From Anaerolineae bacterium (lineage in GTDB: Bacteria; Chloroflexota; Anaerolineae; Anaerolineales; E44-bin32), in assembly GCA_036986135.1 (NCBI GenBank), contig BTQZ01000001.1, forward strand, positions 171,857-235,856: a stretch of 64,000 nt of DNA, written 5' to 3'. The notes beneath the pieces are model-generated. The model saw only the letters and a program-made list of their open reading frames with translations. It searched no databases and had not been told where the DNA came from. Shown here one piece after another: positions 56,188 to 64,000 of the stretch. Each line of letters opens with the position of its first letter. Within the stretch, counting starts at the first letter, position 1. Position numbers and translations under genes: made by a program.

Positions 56188-57237
56188 TTAGTTGGGACTT
56201 TGATCCAGTGGCCAGCTGGGAAGGACGTCCATATCCAGCGCGTCGCGCTGGCCGGCGCCGAAGCGCCGGTGTCCGACGGCGGCGGTCATGGCGGCATTGT
56301 CGGTGCAGAGCTCCAGGGGAGGGGTGCGCACCGGAAGCTTGGATTGAGCTTCGAAGGCCTCGCGTAGCGGCGTATTGGCAGACACTCCGCCCGCCACGAG
56401 GATCTCCTGTGCCTTGAAATCTTTGGCGGCCTCGAGCGTCTTCACCACAAGTACATCGACCACGGCCGCTTGAAAGGCGGCGGAGATATCCGCAATGGGC
56501 AGCCCGGGTCGCGGTGCCTCTACGCCTGCCTTCAATTCCGGTTGGCGCTCGCGCACTTCACGCAGCACGGCAGTCTTGAGTCCGCTGAAGGAGAAATCCC
56601 AGGTCCCTTCCAGCCAGGCGCGCGGAAACTTGAAGGCCACCGGATCGCCCTTTTCAGCGGCCTCCTGAACCGCCGGCCCGCCTGGATACGCCAGACCGAG
56701 CAGGCGGGCCACCTTATCAAAGGCTTCGCCCGCGGCATCGTCCAGCGTCCCGCCTAGACGCTTGTATTTAAGGTGGTCCTCCATCAGTACCAGCTCCGTG
56801 TGTCCACCGGAGACGATGAGCGCAAGCAGCGGAAAATTAGGCTCAGGCTCCTCTTCGACCAGCCAGATGGAGTAAAGGTGGGCTTCCAGGTGGTTGATGC
56901 CCAGGATCGGCAAGTTGGCAGCCAACGCCAGGCCTTTGGCCATGTTCATGCCCACCACGAGCGAGCCGGCCAGGCCCGGGCCGCGGGTTACGGCAATGGC
57001 ATCGATGGCCTCGAGTCCCGCATGGGCCGAATCTAAGGCCTCAGAAACAACCGAGTAGATCGCCTCAACGTGGATGCGCGAGGCGACCTCCGGGTAAACT
57101 CCGCCATAGGCGGCATGCTCCGCAGCCTGAGAGGCGACCACATTGGAGCGTATGGACCGCCCGTTTTCGACGACCGCCGCGGCAGTTTCGTCGCAAGAGG
57201 TCTCAATCCCTAGAATACGTGTTTCGCCGCTTGCCAT
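56188..57237 (-). CDS. tsaD: tRNA N6-adenosine threonylcarbamoyltransferase
   Basis: Motifs GIETSCDET and LIVSGGHT. Confidence 0.9.
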   Translation of the reverse strand: MASGETRILGIETSCDETAAAVVENGRSIRSNVVASQAAEHAAYGGVYPEVASRIHVEAIYSVVSEALDSAHAGLEAIDAIAVTRGPGLAGSLVVGMNMAKGLALAANLPILGINHLEAHLYSIWLVEEEPEPNFPLLALIVSGGHTELVLMEDHLKYKRLGGTLDDAAGEAFDKVARLLGLAYPGGPAVQEAAEKGDPVAFKFPRAWLEGTWDFSFSGLKTAVLREVRERQPELKAGVEAPRPGLPIADISAAFQAAVVDVLVVKTLEAAKDFKAQEILVAGGVSANTPLREAFEAQSKLPVRTPPLELCTDNAAMTAAVGHRRFGAGQRDALDMDVLPSWPLDQSPN

Positions 57238-57268
57238 TTCGTAATCCTGTACTGGTCTGCGATCGACC

Positions 57269-58507
57269 TCAAGCCTCCCGGATCTTCAGCAACAGGTCCA
57301 TCGGATATTCCGCAAGGACCTCGAAACCGCCCTGCGGATTGGCCCAGACCGTATCTTCAAGTCGCACTCCGACGCCGCGCGCCGGGTAGTAGAGCCCCGG
57401 CTCAAAGGCAAACACCGTGCCGGGAGCTAATATATCTTGGTTGCTCTCAATGTGGCTGAAGCCTGGCGCCTCGTGAATCGCCAGTCCCAATCCGTGGGCC
57501 AGGGAATGCACATATCCGTCCGTCGTTCCTGGTGTATTGTGCACGGTCGGATGACCCTTGGACTCGAACTGCTCGCAGGTCATGATCTGGAATTCCCGGC
57601 ACGGCGTGTCGGCCTTCAGCCGATCAAACACCGAATGATATACCTCAAGCACGTCCTGATAAAGCGCCTCTGCCTCATCCGTGGCCCAGCCCAGGCACCA
57701 CGTACGCGTGAAGTCGTAGAAGTACCCGCCGCCAGCCTCGCTGGGAAAGAGGTCAAAGATGATCGTCTTGCCAAGTTCCACCGGATGTTCGTCCTGGCCC
57801 GCGCTGTGGGGCACGGCCGCATCCCGGCCCATTGAGAATATAGTGCCTTCAGGATTCTCCGCCCCGCGCATGGCCAGCCACAGATTGATTCGCCGCTTGA
57901 CTTCTCCGATGGTCAGGACCTCGCCCGCTCGATTGACGAGCACTCCGTCCTTGGCCTGATGGGAGGTCAAGTAATCTGCCACTTCACCCACAACTTCCGT
58001 GGTGACCTTTCCCATCCGCCGAATGCGTTCCACTTCTTGCTCGTCTTTCGTCGCGCGCGCCCGAGACAGCACAGATCTGTTCTCGGACTCGCCGACCAGC
58101 TCGATTCCATCCAGGCTTTCCTGCAGCCGGTCGAAAATGCCAAATCCAACTCCAAGTTCTGCCTTGCCATATAGGGCCACGCGTCCAGAGACTTCATAGT
58201 CGCGGAGGATCTCTTCTAATAGCAGGGCGGCGGCTTGAATGTGATCCCCTTTCGACCTCTCAATGAGCTCCGTGGGCCGATAGTCGTCGAGGCTCTTAGT
58301 TTCCAGGCCGGCGCGGGCAGCCTCGTCGCGCTCCATCGAATGGTGGAAAAGCACAGGGGATTTACCTACCCGCTTCAATAGGTAGCCGGAGGTAACATGC
58401 ACCAAGCCGGTGAAGTAAGCCTTATTTGGATTGTGCGCCACGGGGCCAGAGATGAGCAGCGCCTGCAGGTCGGCCTCTCGCATGAGTCTATCGATGTCAG
58501 ATTTCAT
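57269..58507 (-). CDS. M24-family Xaa-Pro aminopeptidase
   Basis: Motifs HGLGLAIHE, FEPGLY and RLED. Confidence 0.85.
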   Translation of the reverse strand: MKSDIDRLMREADLQALLISGPVAHNPNKAYFTGLVHVTSGYLLKRVGKSPVLFHHSMERDEAARAGLETKSLDDYRPTELIERSKGDHIQAAALLLEEILRDYEVSGRVALYGKAELGVGFGIFDRLQESLDGIELVGESENRSVLSRARATKDEQEVERIRRMGKVTTEVVGEVADYLTSHQAKDGVLVNRAGEVLTIGEVKRRINLWLAMRGAENPEGTIFSMGRDAAVPHSAGQDEHPVELGKTIIFDLFPSEAGGGYFYDFTRTWCLGWATDEAEALYQDVLEVYHSVFDRLKADTPCREFQIMTCEQFESKGHPTVHNTPGTTDGYVHSLAHGLGLAIHEAPGFSHIESNQDILAPGTVFAFEPGLYYPARGVGVRLEDTVWANPQGGFEVLAEYPMDLLLKIREA

Positions 58508-58529
58508 GGATGAAGGATTTCAATGCCCG

Positions 58530-59924
58530 TCACTCGTTGAGCGCCGCTGCTAGGCCGCTCAACAGCGTCTGTTCCTGACCCGGCAACACCGTTCGCGGAT
58601 CGATCATCACGTGGTCATTCTCCACTCTGGCGACGATGGGCGGATCTGCCTTACGCAGCCGGTCAGCGAACGCGTTCGGGTGAGGAACATCCAGAGCCAG
58701 CAGCGAGGTGGGCAGGGTTTCCTCAGGCAGGCTGCCGCCTCCCACCGTGGAGCGGCCAGGCACCACTTCACCGGTTTCGAGCTGCTGAACCCATTCACCT
58801 GCGCGCCGCATTAACTGATCCTCGGAAGCGGCGATCATCATCCACACCGGGACCGCATCGGATGCCTCATCCATCATGAAGTGATTCAGAGTGGCGGAAA
58901 GCCCTGCCAGACACATCTTGTCCGGACGGACGGCACGCGCCATGGGATGCCTGGCAAGACGGTCGATCAGTGCCTTCTCGCCCACCAGGATCCCGGCCTG
59001 CGGGCCTCCGACCAGCTTGTCGCCCGAGAAGGCGACTAGATGGGCCCCCTCGCGGATCGATTCTTGCACCATCGGCTCGTGCCCGAGGCCGAACTGGGCC
59101 GTATCCAGCAAGGCGCCGGAGCCCAGGTCGTCCAGCACGGGCAGGTCATGTTTGTGGCCGACATCGATCAACTCCGGCAGGCTGGGCTCGGTGGCAAAAC
59201 CAACGATTTTAAAGTTGGAATGGTGAACACGAAGGATCAGCGCGGTCCTGTCGGTGAGGGCACCCTCGAAATCCTTCAGGTGGGTGCGATTTGTCGTACC
59301 GACCTCCCGCAGAATCGCTCCCGATTGCTCCATGATCTGCGGGATGCGGAAGCCGCCCCCGATCTCGATCAGCTGCGTGCGGGAAACGAGCACTTCCATT
59401 TCATGTGCCAGTACGGTGAGCACAAGCAGCACGGCCGCGGCGTTGTTATTTACGACAAGGGCGGATTCGGCCCCCGTCAATCGAACCAGGAGATGCTCGG
59501 CATGAACATCACGGCTCCCGCGCGCCCCACGCTCGAGGTCGTACTCCAATGAGCTGTATCCGGACGCCACGTCGGAAACGGCACGCTGGGCATCGGCGCT
59601 CAGCGGGGCGCGACCCAGGTTGGTATGGATAATGACGCCTGTGGCATTGATGACGGGTCGTAATGAAGGGAGCAGCCAGCTTTGCAGAGTGGCCCGTGTT
59701 CCGGAGATCAAATCTGCTTCTTCTGGAACATCCTGGCCCTGCTGGATCGCCAGCCGAGCGGATTCCAGGCTCGTACGAAGGGCCTGCACCGTAAGTGGCC
59801 GCCCGTACGCTGTGATGAGTTCGTCTGCCTGGTCCGCGCTGAGCAGGCGGTCGACCGAAGGCAAGTCACGCAAGCTCAACGGTTGGGCCTCCAAACGCTT
59901 CGTTCGAGGAGTCCGAGAAACCAC
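58530..59924 (-). CDS. selA: L-seryl-tRNA(Sec) selenium transferase
   Basis: Motifs LRDLPSVDRLL, VINATGVIIHTNLGRA and FSGDKLVGGPQAG (PLP Lys). The start is uncertain: GTG 59924, TTG 59894, or the track ATG at 60026. Confidence 0.85.
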   Translation of the reverse strand: MVSRTPRTKRLEAQPLSLRDLPSVDRLLSADQADELITAYGRPLTVQALRTSLESARLAIQQGQDVPEEADLISGTRATLQSWLLPSLRPVINATGVIIHTNLGRAPLSADAQRAVSDVASGYSSLEYDLERGARGSRDVHAEHLLVRLTGAESALVVNNNAAAVLLVLTVLAHEMEVLVSRTQLIEIGGGFRIPQIMEQSGAILREVGTTNRTHLKDFEGALTDRTALILRVHHSNFKIVGFATEPSLPELIDVGHKHDLPVLDDLGSGALLDTAQFGLGHEPMVQESIREGAHLVAFSGDKLVGGPQAGILVGEKALIDRLARHPMARAVRPDKMCLAGLSATLNHFMMDEASDAVPVWMMIAASEDQLMRRAGEWVQQLETGEVVPGRSTVGGGSLPEETLPTSLLALDVPHPNAFADRLRKADPPIVARVENDHVMIDPRTVLPGQEQTLLSGLAAALNE

Positions 59925-60256
59925 TCCAATAAAATGAAGCCGACTCCTAGAAGCAAACCCAACGAAAGGGTCAGCGATCGATTGATCTGCAGCCATACGG
60001 AGAATGAAACGAACAAGGCCACCCACAGCGCCTGCCGCAGCAGCACGGCGGAAGAGGCTGGGCCAAATCGCTTATGCAGCAACCATACAAAGGGAAGTGC
60101 GGTACCAGTGACGGCTATTGTGAGTAAGAAGAAGAACAGCCAACGCGGTCCGACGGTAGGCAGCGTCGTGGCCATGAGGAGGTACAGTCCGGTCCAGCCG
60201 ATCGCAATCAACAGCGAGGCGGCCGCAAACAGACCGCGGGACTGAGAACCAGACAT
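59876..60256 (-). CDS. Small membrane protein (4 TM), unknown function
   Basis: 126 aa and hydrophobic. Its 3' end overlaps the plausible selA starts. Confidence 0.45.
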   Translation of the reverse strand: MSGSQSRGLFAAASLLIAIGWTGLYLLMATTLPTVGPRWLFFFLLTIAVTGTALPFVWLLHKRFGPASSAVLLRQALWVALFVSFSVWLQINRSLTLSLGLLLGVGFILLEWFLGLLERSVWRPNR

Positions 60257-60370
60257 GGGCAGGGATTATAGCGCAGCGTATAGAATCGAGCGTGATATAC
60301 TCGCCGCCGCGCGCTCAGAAGCGCAGCGCTCGAGACGAATCTACGTGTTCAAATCGATATTGGGTTGCTT

Positions 60371-61756
60371 ATGAAACGCCCTCCAAAGTGGGCCGTTTGG
60401 GCCCTGGGTGGCGCGTTTGTTCTTATGGCGGTGTTCTCTGCGCTGCTGGTTTTCAGCACCGTCCGAGGTATCGCATCCACCTGGTCGGGGGTTGGACTGC
60501 CGGCGATTTTTGGCTCGCAAGAAGATGAGCCTGCTGTGGCCGGCGAAGGCACTTCTGTGCTCTCGGCAGCTCCCGAACTGGTCGTCGATACTCCTTCCTG
60601 GAACGGGGTTGACCGCATCAACATCCTTCTGCTCGGGCTAGATTTCCGAGACTGGGAGACGGGAAATGGCCCGCCGCGTACCGACACAATGATGCTGGTC
60701 ACCATCGATCCCATCGCTAAAACGGCAGGGATGCTTTCCATCCCGCGCGACCTGTGGGTTGAGATCCCCGGATTTGAACACAATCGTATCAACACCGCCT
60801 ACTTCCTGGGTGAAGCAAACCGGTTGCCGGGCGGGGGCCCAAGTTTGGCGATGGCAACCGTGGAAAACTTGCTGGGGGTCAACGTCAATTACTATGCATT
60901 GCTCGAATTCTCCACCTTCGAGCGCATGATTGACGAAATTGGGGGCGTGGAGGTACTCGTTCCTGAGAGGATGAAGATCTCACCGATCGGAGAGCAAAGC
61001 CTGTGGCTGGAGGCGAAACCCTATCATCTGGATGGGGCCAAGACACTGGCCTATGCTCGGGCCCGCAAAACCGAAGGGGGAGATTTCGATCGCGCCCAAC
61101 GGCAGCAGCAAGTGATCATGGCGGTGCGAGACAAGATCTTCCAACTCGATTCCATGCCCACTCTTCTTGCCAAGGCGCCCATTCTCTATCAGGAGCTGGC
61201 CTCCGGGATCTACACCAACCTCAGCTTCGATGAAATGGTCGGCCTCGCCTTGTTGGCAATGAAGGTATCCCCAAGCGACGTAGACCGAGGAGTCATCGCG
61301 CCCCCGGACATGGTGCTGCTGGAGACGCAATTTGACGGAGCACAGGTGCTCAAGCCGATTCCCGATAAGGTGCGGGCATTGCGGGATGAGATCTTCACTG
61401 GCACGGGAGCCATCGCTCCAACGGTGCAGGATTCTCAAGCGACTGAGGCCGCGCAAATCGAGAGCGCTCGTCTGGCAATTCTGAACGGAGCCGGTATCGA
61501 GGGGCTCGCCACCGAGACGGCAGAGTTTCTCACTAGCCAGGGGCTGAATATTGTTGAGATTTCCAACGCGGACCGTCTCGACTACAACAAATCGCGCATC
61601 ATCGTGCACAGCCAGAATTATCCGTACACGCTGCGTTATCTGACGGAGATGCTGGGCCTGACGGAGGGGCAGATCCTGCGACCCGTGTATCCGTTGCCCG
61701 ATATCGATTTAGCCGTGGTCCTGGGGTGGGACTGGGCCTACGGCGATCGCCCGTAG
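60371..61756 (+). CDS. LytR-CpsA-Psr (LCP) family protein with a LytR_C-like C-terminal domain
   Basis: Motifs INILLLGLD, RTDTMMLVTIDP and SIPRDLWV. Confidence 0.85.
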   Translation: MKRPPKWAVWALGGAFVLMAVFSALLVFSTVRGIASTWSGVGLPAIFGSQEDEPAVAGEGTSVLSAAPELVVDTPSWNGVDRINILLLGLDFRDWETGNGPPRTDTMMLVTIDPIAKTAGMLSIPRDLWVEIPGFEHNRINTAYFLGEANRLPGGGPSLAMATVENLLGVNVNYYALLEFSTFERMIDEIGGVEVLVPERMKISPIGEQSLWLEAKPYHLDGAKTLAYARARKTEGGDFDRAQRQQQVIMAVRDKIFQLDSMPTLLAKAPILYQELASGIYTNLSFDEMVGLALLAMKVSPSDVDRGVIAPPDMVLLETQFDGAQVLKPIPDKVRALRDEIFTGTGAIAPTVQDSQATEAAQIESARLAILNGAGIEGLATETAEFLTSQGLNIVEISNADRLDYNKSRIIVHSQNYPYTLRYLTEMLGLTEGQILRPVYPLPDIDLAVVLGWDWAYGDRP

Positions 61757-61852
61757 CCATTAAACGCGTGAGTCAACGAAAGGGCGTCCTCCCCGGCGCC
61801 CTTTTTGCTTTTCGTGGGCCGTACCCTATCTGCCGAAGCGATGGGAGCCCGA

Positions 61853-62359
61853 TCAAGCAATCAACAGAATCGCAATCCCAAGCATGATCCCCAACACAAC
61901 GCCTGCCAGGGCATCCGAGAGGTAGTGCAGATCCATCGCCACCCGCGAAAGCGTGACCAAGGGAGCCCAGATCAACAAAATGGGCGCGAGCCAGCTAGGG
62001 CCCCAGCCAAGTACCAACACCGCCAGCATCGTCGATCTGGCCGCGTGGCCGGAGGGGAAGGAATGTGGATCGGTGCGCCTATAAAGCGATCCAAATGTGC
62101 CTTCTGGTCGTTGCCGGCGGATCAAGAACTTCAACGCCATGACGATCACGGCCGTCACAAAGATTCCGATCAGCAGGCCGACCGCCCACTGTTTCTGGAA
62201 CGCATCGCCAAGCACCCACACCGCTGCCAACCCCGCGCCCCAGAACCAGGAATCGCCGGAATGCGCCAGCAGCGCGCCGATCGATCGCAGGGCCGCCGAT
62301 CGTTCGGCGAAACTTATCCTCGCCGACCAGCGGCGGTCGATCTCAAGTAAGGTATCCAA
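61853..62359 (-). CDS. PAP2-family phosphatase
   Basis: Motifs KFLIRRQRP, PSGHA and SRVAMDLHYLSD. Confidence 0.8.
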   Translation of the reverse strand: MDTLLEIDRRWSARISFAERSAALRSIGALLAHSGDSWFWGAGLAAVWVLGDAFQKQWAVGLLIGIFVTAVIVMALKFLIRRQRPEGTFGSLYRRTDPHSFPSGHAARSTMLAVLVLGWGPSWLAPILLIWAPLVTLSRVAMDLHYLSDALAGVVLGIMLGIAILLIA

Positions 62360-62361
62360 TT

Positions 62362-62742
62362 CTAGGCTGAGGAAATCGGCAGGGGATCGGGGTGCCAGTA
62401 GAGCGTCTCCAGATCGAGGCGGCCGCCTTCGTCGAAGGTAACGTTCTCCTCTTCGAGCAGATTTCGCTGCAAGCCGGGGCCAATGCCGTGTCGAGAGCTG
62501 ATCCTCCCCTGGGCATTGACTACCCGGTGCCAGGGCAGGTGCTCCGGGATCTGGCTGAGCGCGTATCCGACCCAGCGCGCTCTGATGCGCGCATAGGCCG
62601 CATAATCGATGCCGGATGGGGGTGGGATCAGGGCCGCGATTCCGCCGTAGGTCATCACGCGACCTTCCGGTATCCGCCGAACGATTTCGAAGACCGCCGC
62701 CCGGTACCCCTGCCGATCTTCGGATCGAGAGTTATCGGGTAT
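62362..62742 (-). CDS. Alkyltransferase-like (ATL) protein; MGMT fold with Trp in place of the active-site Cys
   Basis: Contains IPEGRVMTYGGIAA and LPWHRVVN (PWHR rather than PCHR). There is no canonical start after nadE. An ATA codon overlaps the nadE TAA (TAATA). Confidence 0.65.
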   Translation of the reverse strand: MPDNSRSEDRQGYRAAVFEIVRRIPEGRVMTYGGIAALIPPPSGIDYAAYARIRARWVGYALSQIPEHLPWHRVVNAQGRISSRHGIGPGLQRNLLEEENVTFDEGGRLDLETLYWHPDPLPISSA

Positions 62743-63575
62743 TAGGTCCCCCAGTCGCGCATGTAGAGGAAGTCGTATCCGATGGTGCGGTTGCTGAGTT
62801 TGGCGATGGGCGGCATCACGCGCTTGAAGTGGTTTCGTCGCACGAGCTCCACGACATCTTCGACAAATCCACGATCGAAGCCGGCGTCCACGCATTCACC
62901 TGGCGAGTGGCGCCGATCCACGAGCAGATACAGCAGCTTGTCGACCTCTTCATAGGTAAAGCCCAACTCCCCCTCGTCCGTCTGTCCGAGCCAAAGGTCG
63001 GCGGAGGGGGGCTTTTCCAGGATCACCTCGGGCACTCCCATCTCGACCGCAAGCTGACGAATCTGTGTCTTGTATAGATCCCCAAGTGGATTTATGGCGG
63101 AGGCTGCGTCCCCGAATTGGGTGGTGTAACCAAGCAGCATCTCCGTCTTATTTCCGGTTCCGATCACCAGGCCATGAAAATCGGCGGACTGATCGTACAA
63201 AACGATCATGCGCATGCGGGCCATGATATTCCCACGGCGCACCTGCTGATCCTCAGGTATGCCAGCAATCAGCGCGTCCACCGCCTCAGAAATTGGCAGA
63301 GTCTCCTCCAGAACACCGGTCATTTCAATCACCAGTCCGGCGTGCTCGAGCGAATCGGGGGAGGAATTGGTATATGGCATGCGCACTGCCAAAACATTTT
63401 CTGGGCCCAGCGCCTCTGCGGCCAGAGTACAGGCCAATGAGGAATCGACTCCGCCGGACAGCCCCACGACGGCCCGGTCGAACCCAGCTCGGCTCGTCTC
63501 GCTGCGGATGAAGCCGGTGAGGATCTTTCGGGCGAGCGCAGGGTTGATTTCGAGCTTGATCTCGTCTTGTGTCAT
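62742..63575 (-). CDS. nadE: NAD+ synthetase (synthetase domain as a stand-alone protein)
   Basis: 277 aa with the P-loop GLSGGVDSS. The ATG overlaps the upstream stop (ATGA). Confidence 0.9.
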   Translation of the reverse strand: MTQDEIKLEINPALARKILTGFIRSETSRAGFDRAVVGLSGGVDSSLACTLAAEALGPENVLAVRMPYTNSSPDSLEHAGLVIEMTGVLEETLPISEAVDALIAGIPEDQQVRRGNIMARMRMIVLYDQSADFHGLVIGTGNKTEMLLGYTTQFGDAASAINPLGDLYKTQIRQLAVEMGVPEVILEKPPSADLWLGQTDEGELGFTYEEVDKLLYLLVDRRHSPGECVDAGFDRGFVEDVVELVRRNHFKRVMPPIAKLSNRTIGYDFLYMRDWGT

Positions 63576-64000
63576 TCGGAATGTTCTCGGGGACCGCGCC
63601 CTCCGAGCACACGGGAGCGCCGGATGCGCACCAATTCGCGCTGAACCAGCTCCGTTCGCTCATCGCGCAGCAGCGGAAGTCGGGTGCGAGCGCGATTTAG
63701 CTGGTGTAAATCAAGCTCGGCAATAAACAAGCTCTCCTCGTGATACGGACCGCGCGCGACCCGTTCACCATGCGGATTGAACACTACGGAGCCACCCCAG
63801 AATCCCAACCCGTCTTCAAAGCCAACCCGGCCTACGTTAGTGACAAACGTGGTGAAGAGACTGGCGTAGGCCTGTGCCACATGCTCGACCCAGCGAGCAG
63901 ATTCTAGAGCTTGCTCGGTGTCGAGCCCGCGTCCCGGCGAGGCAGAGATAAAGAGCAGGACATCCGCACCGTCCAGCCACAGCAGATAAGGCGGCGAAGC
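63572..64000 (-). CDS. Carbon-nitrogen hydrolase (NadE glutaminase-type) protein, C-terminal part; the 5' end is beyond the window
   Basis: The frame stays open to the window edge (...PPYLLWLDGADVLLFISASPGRG...WVEHVAQAYA...FWGGSVVFNPHGE). The track ORF (GTG 63880) is only an internal start. Confidence 0.75.
   Translation of the reverse strand, partial: ASPPYLLWLDGADVLLFISASPGRGLDTEQALESARWVEHVAQAYASLFTTFVTNVGRVGFEDGLGFWGGSVVFNPHGERVARGPYHEESLFIAELDLHQLNRARTRLPLLRDERTELVQRELVRIRRSRVLGGRGPREHSE

Noticed and set aside
1-64000. Search by eye for CRISPR arrays, tRNA/rRNA genes, IS elements, integrases, toxin-antitoxin pairs and known defence-system signatures.
   Set aside because: I recognised none. 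All intergenic gaps over 150 nt were read on both strands. The PLD-family protein (54975..56045) and the kinase-STAND protein have no defence-type gene context.

Overview
High-GC (about 60%) bacterial chromosomal segment carrying about 60 protein-coding genes. By eye I found no rRNA, tRNA, CRISPR array, transposase or integrase. Gene content and domain fusions suggest a Chloroflexota-like organism, but that is inference only. Gene order along the window: an HdrA-like gene and an OorDABC-order 2-oxoacid:ferredoxin oxidoreductase; small repair and unknown-function genes, including a radical SAM / deazaflavin-oxidoreductase pair; glutamate dehydrogenase; a 1184-aa Ser/Thr kinase-AAA-TPR protein with a GAF-PP2C phosphatase; an eight-gene tricarboxylate/CoA cluster; a DsbA-NhaA fusion; PepF; a TPR protein; an ABC-2 transporter; an alpha/beta-hydrolase::acyl-CoA synthetase fusion; MutS2 and Tag; a pyrC-pyrB-pyrF::pyrE operon; a CopG/DUF411 gene; assorted enzymes; pyrD; tsaD; selA; an LCP protein; PAP2; an ATL protein; and a split NadE. 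Main findings: (1) The CopG/DUF411 lipoprotein gene has an in-frame TGA exactly at the first Cys of its CxCC metal motif, and selA lies in the same window, so it is either a candidate selenoprotein or a pseudogene. (2) The cluster at 13.5-22.3 kb combines citryl-CoA synthetase/lyase-like genes, one with a fused 2x[4Fe-4S] domain, with a homoaconitase-type hydro-lyase, an IDH/HICDH-type dehydrogenase, PrpD and a thioesterase. (3) Four genes appear to need ATC/ATT/ATA start codons. (4) The DHOase resembles the eukaryotic CAD domain and sits in CAD domain order next to ATCase, behind a near-consensus promoter and a leader terminator. (5) A decayed kinase N-terminal fragment lies between the phosphatase and kinase genes. 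Many long ORFs in the track are antisense artefacts of the high GC content.
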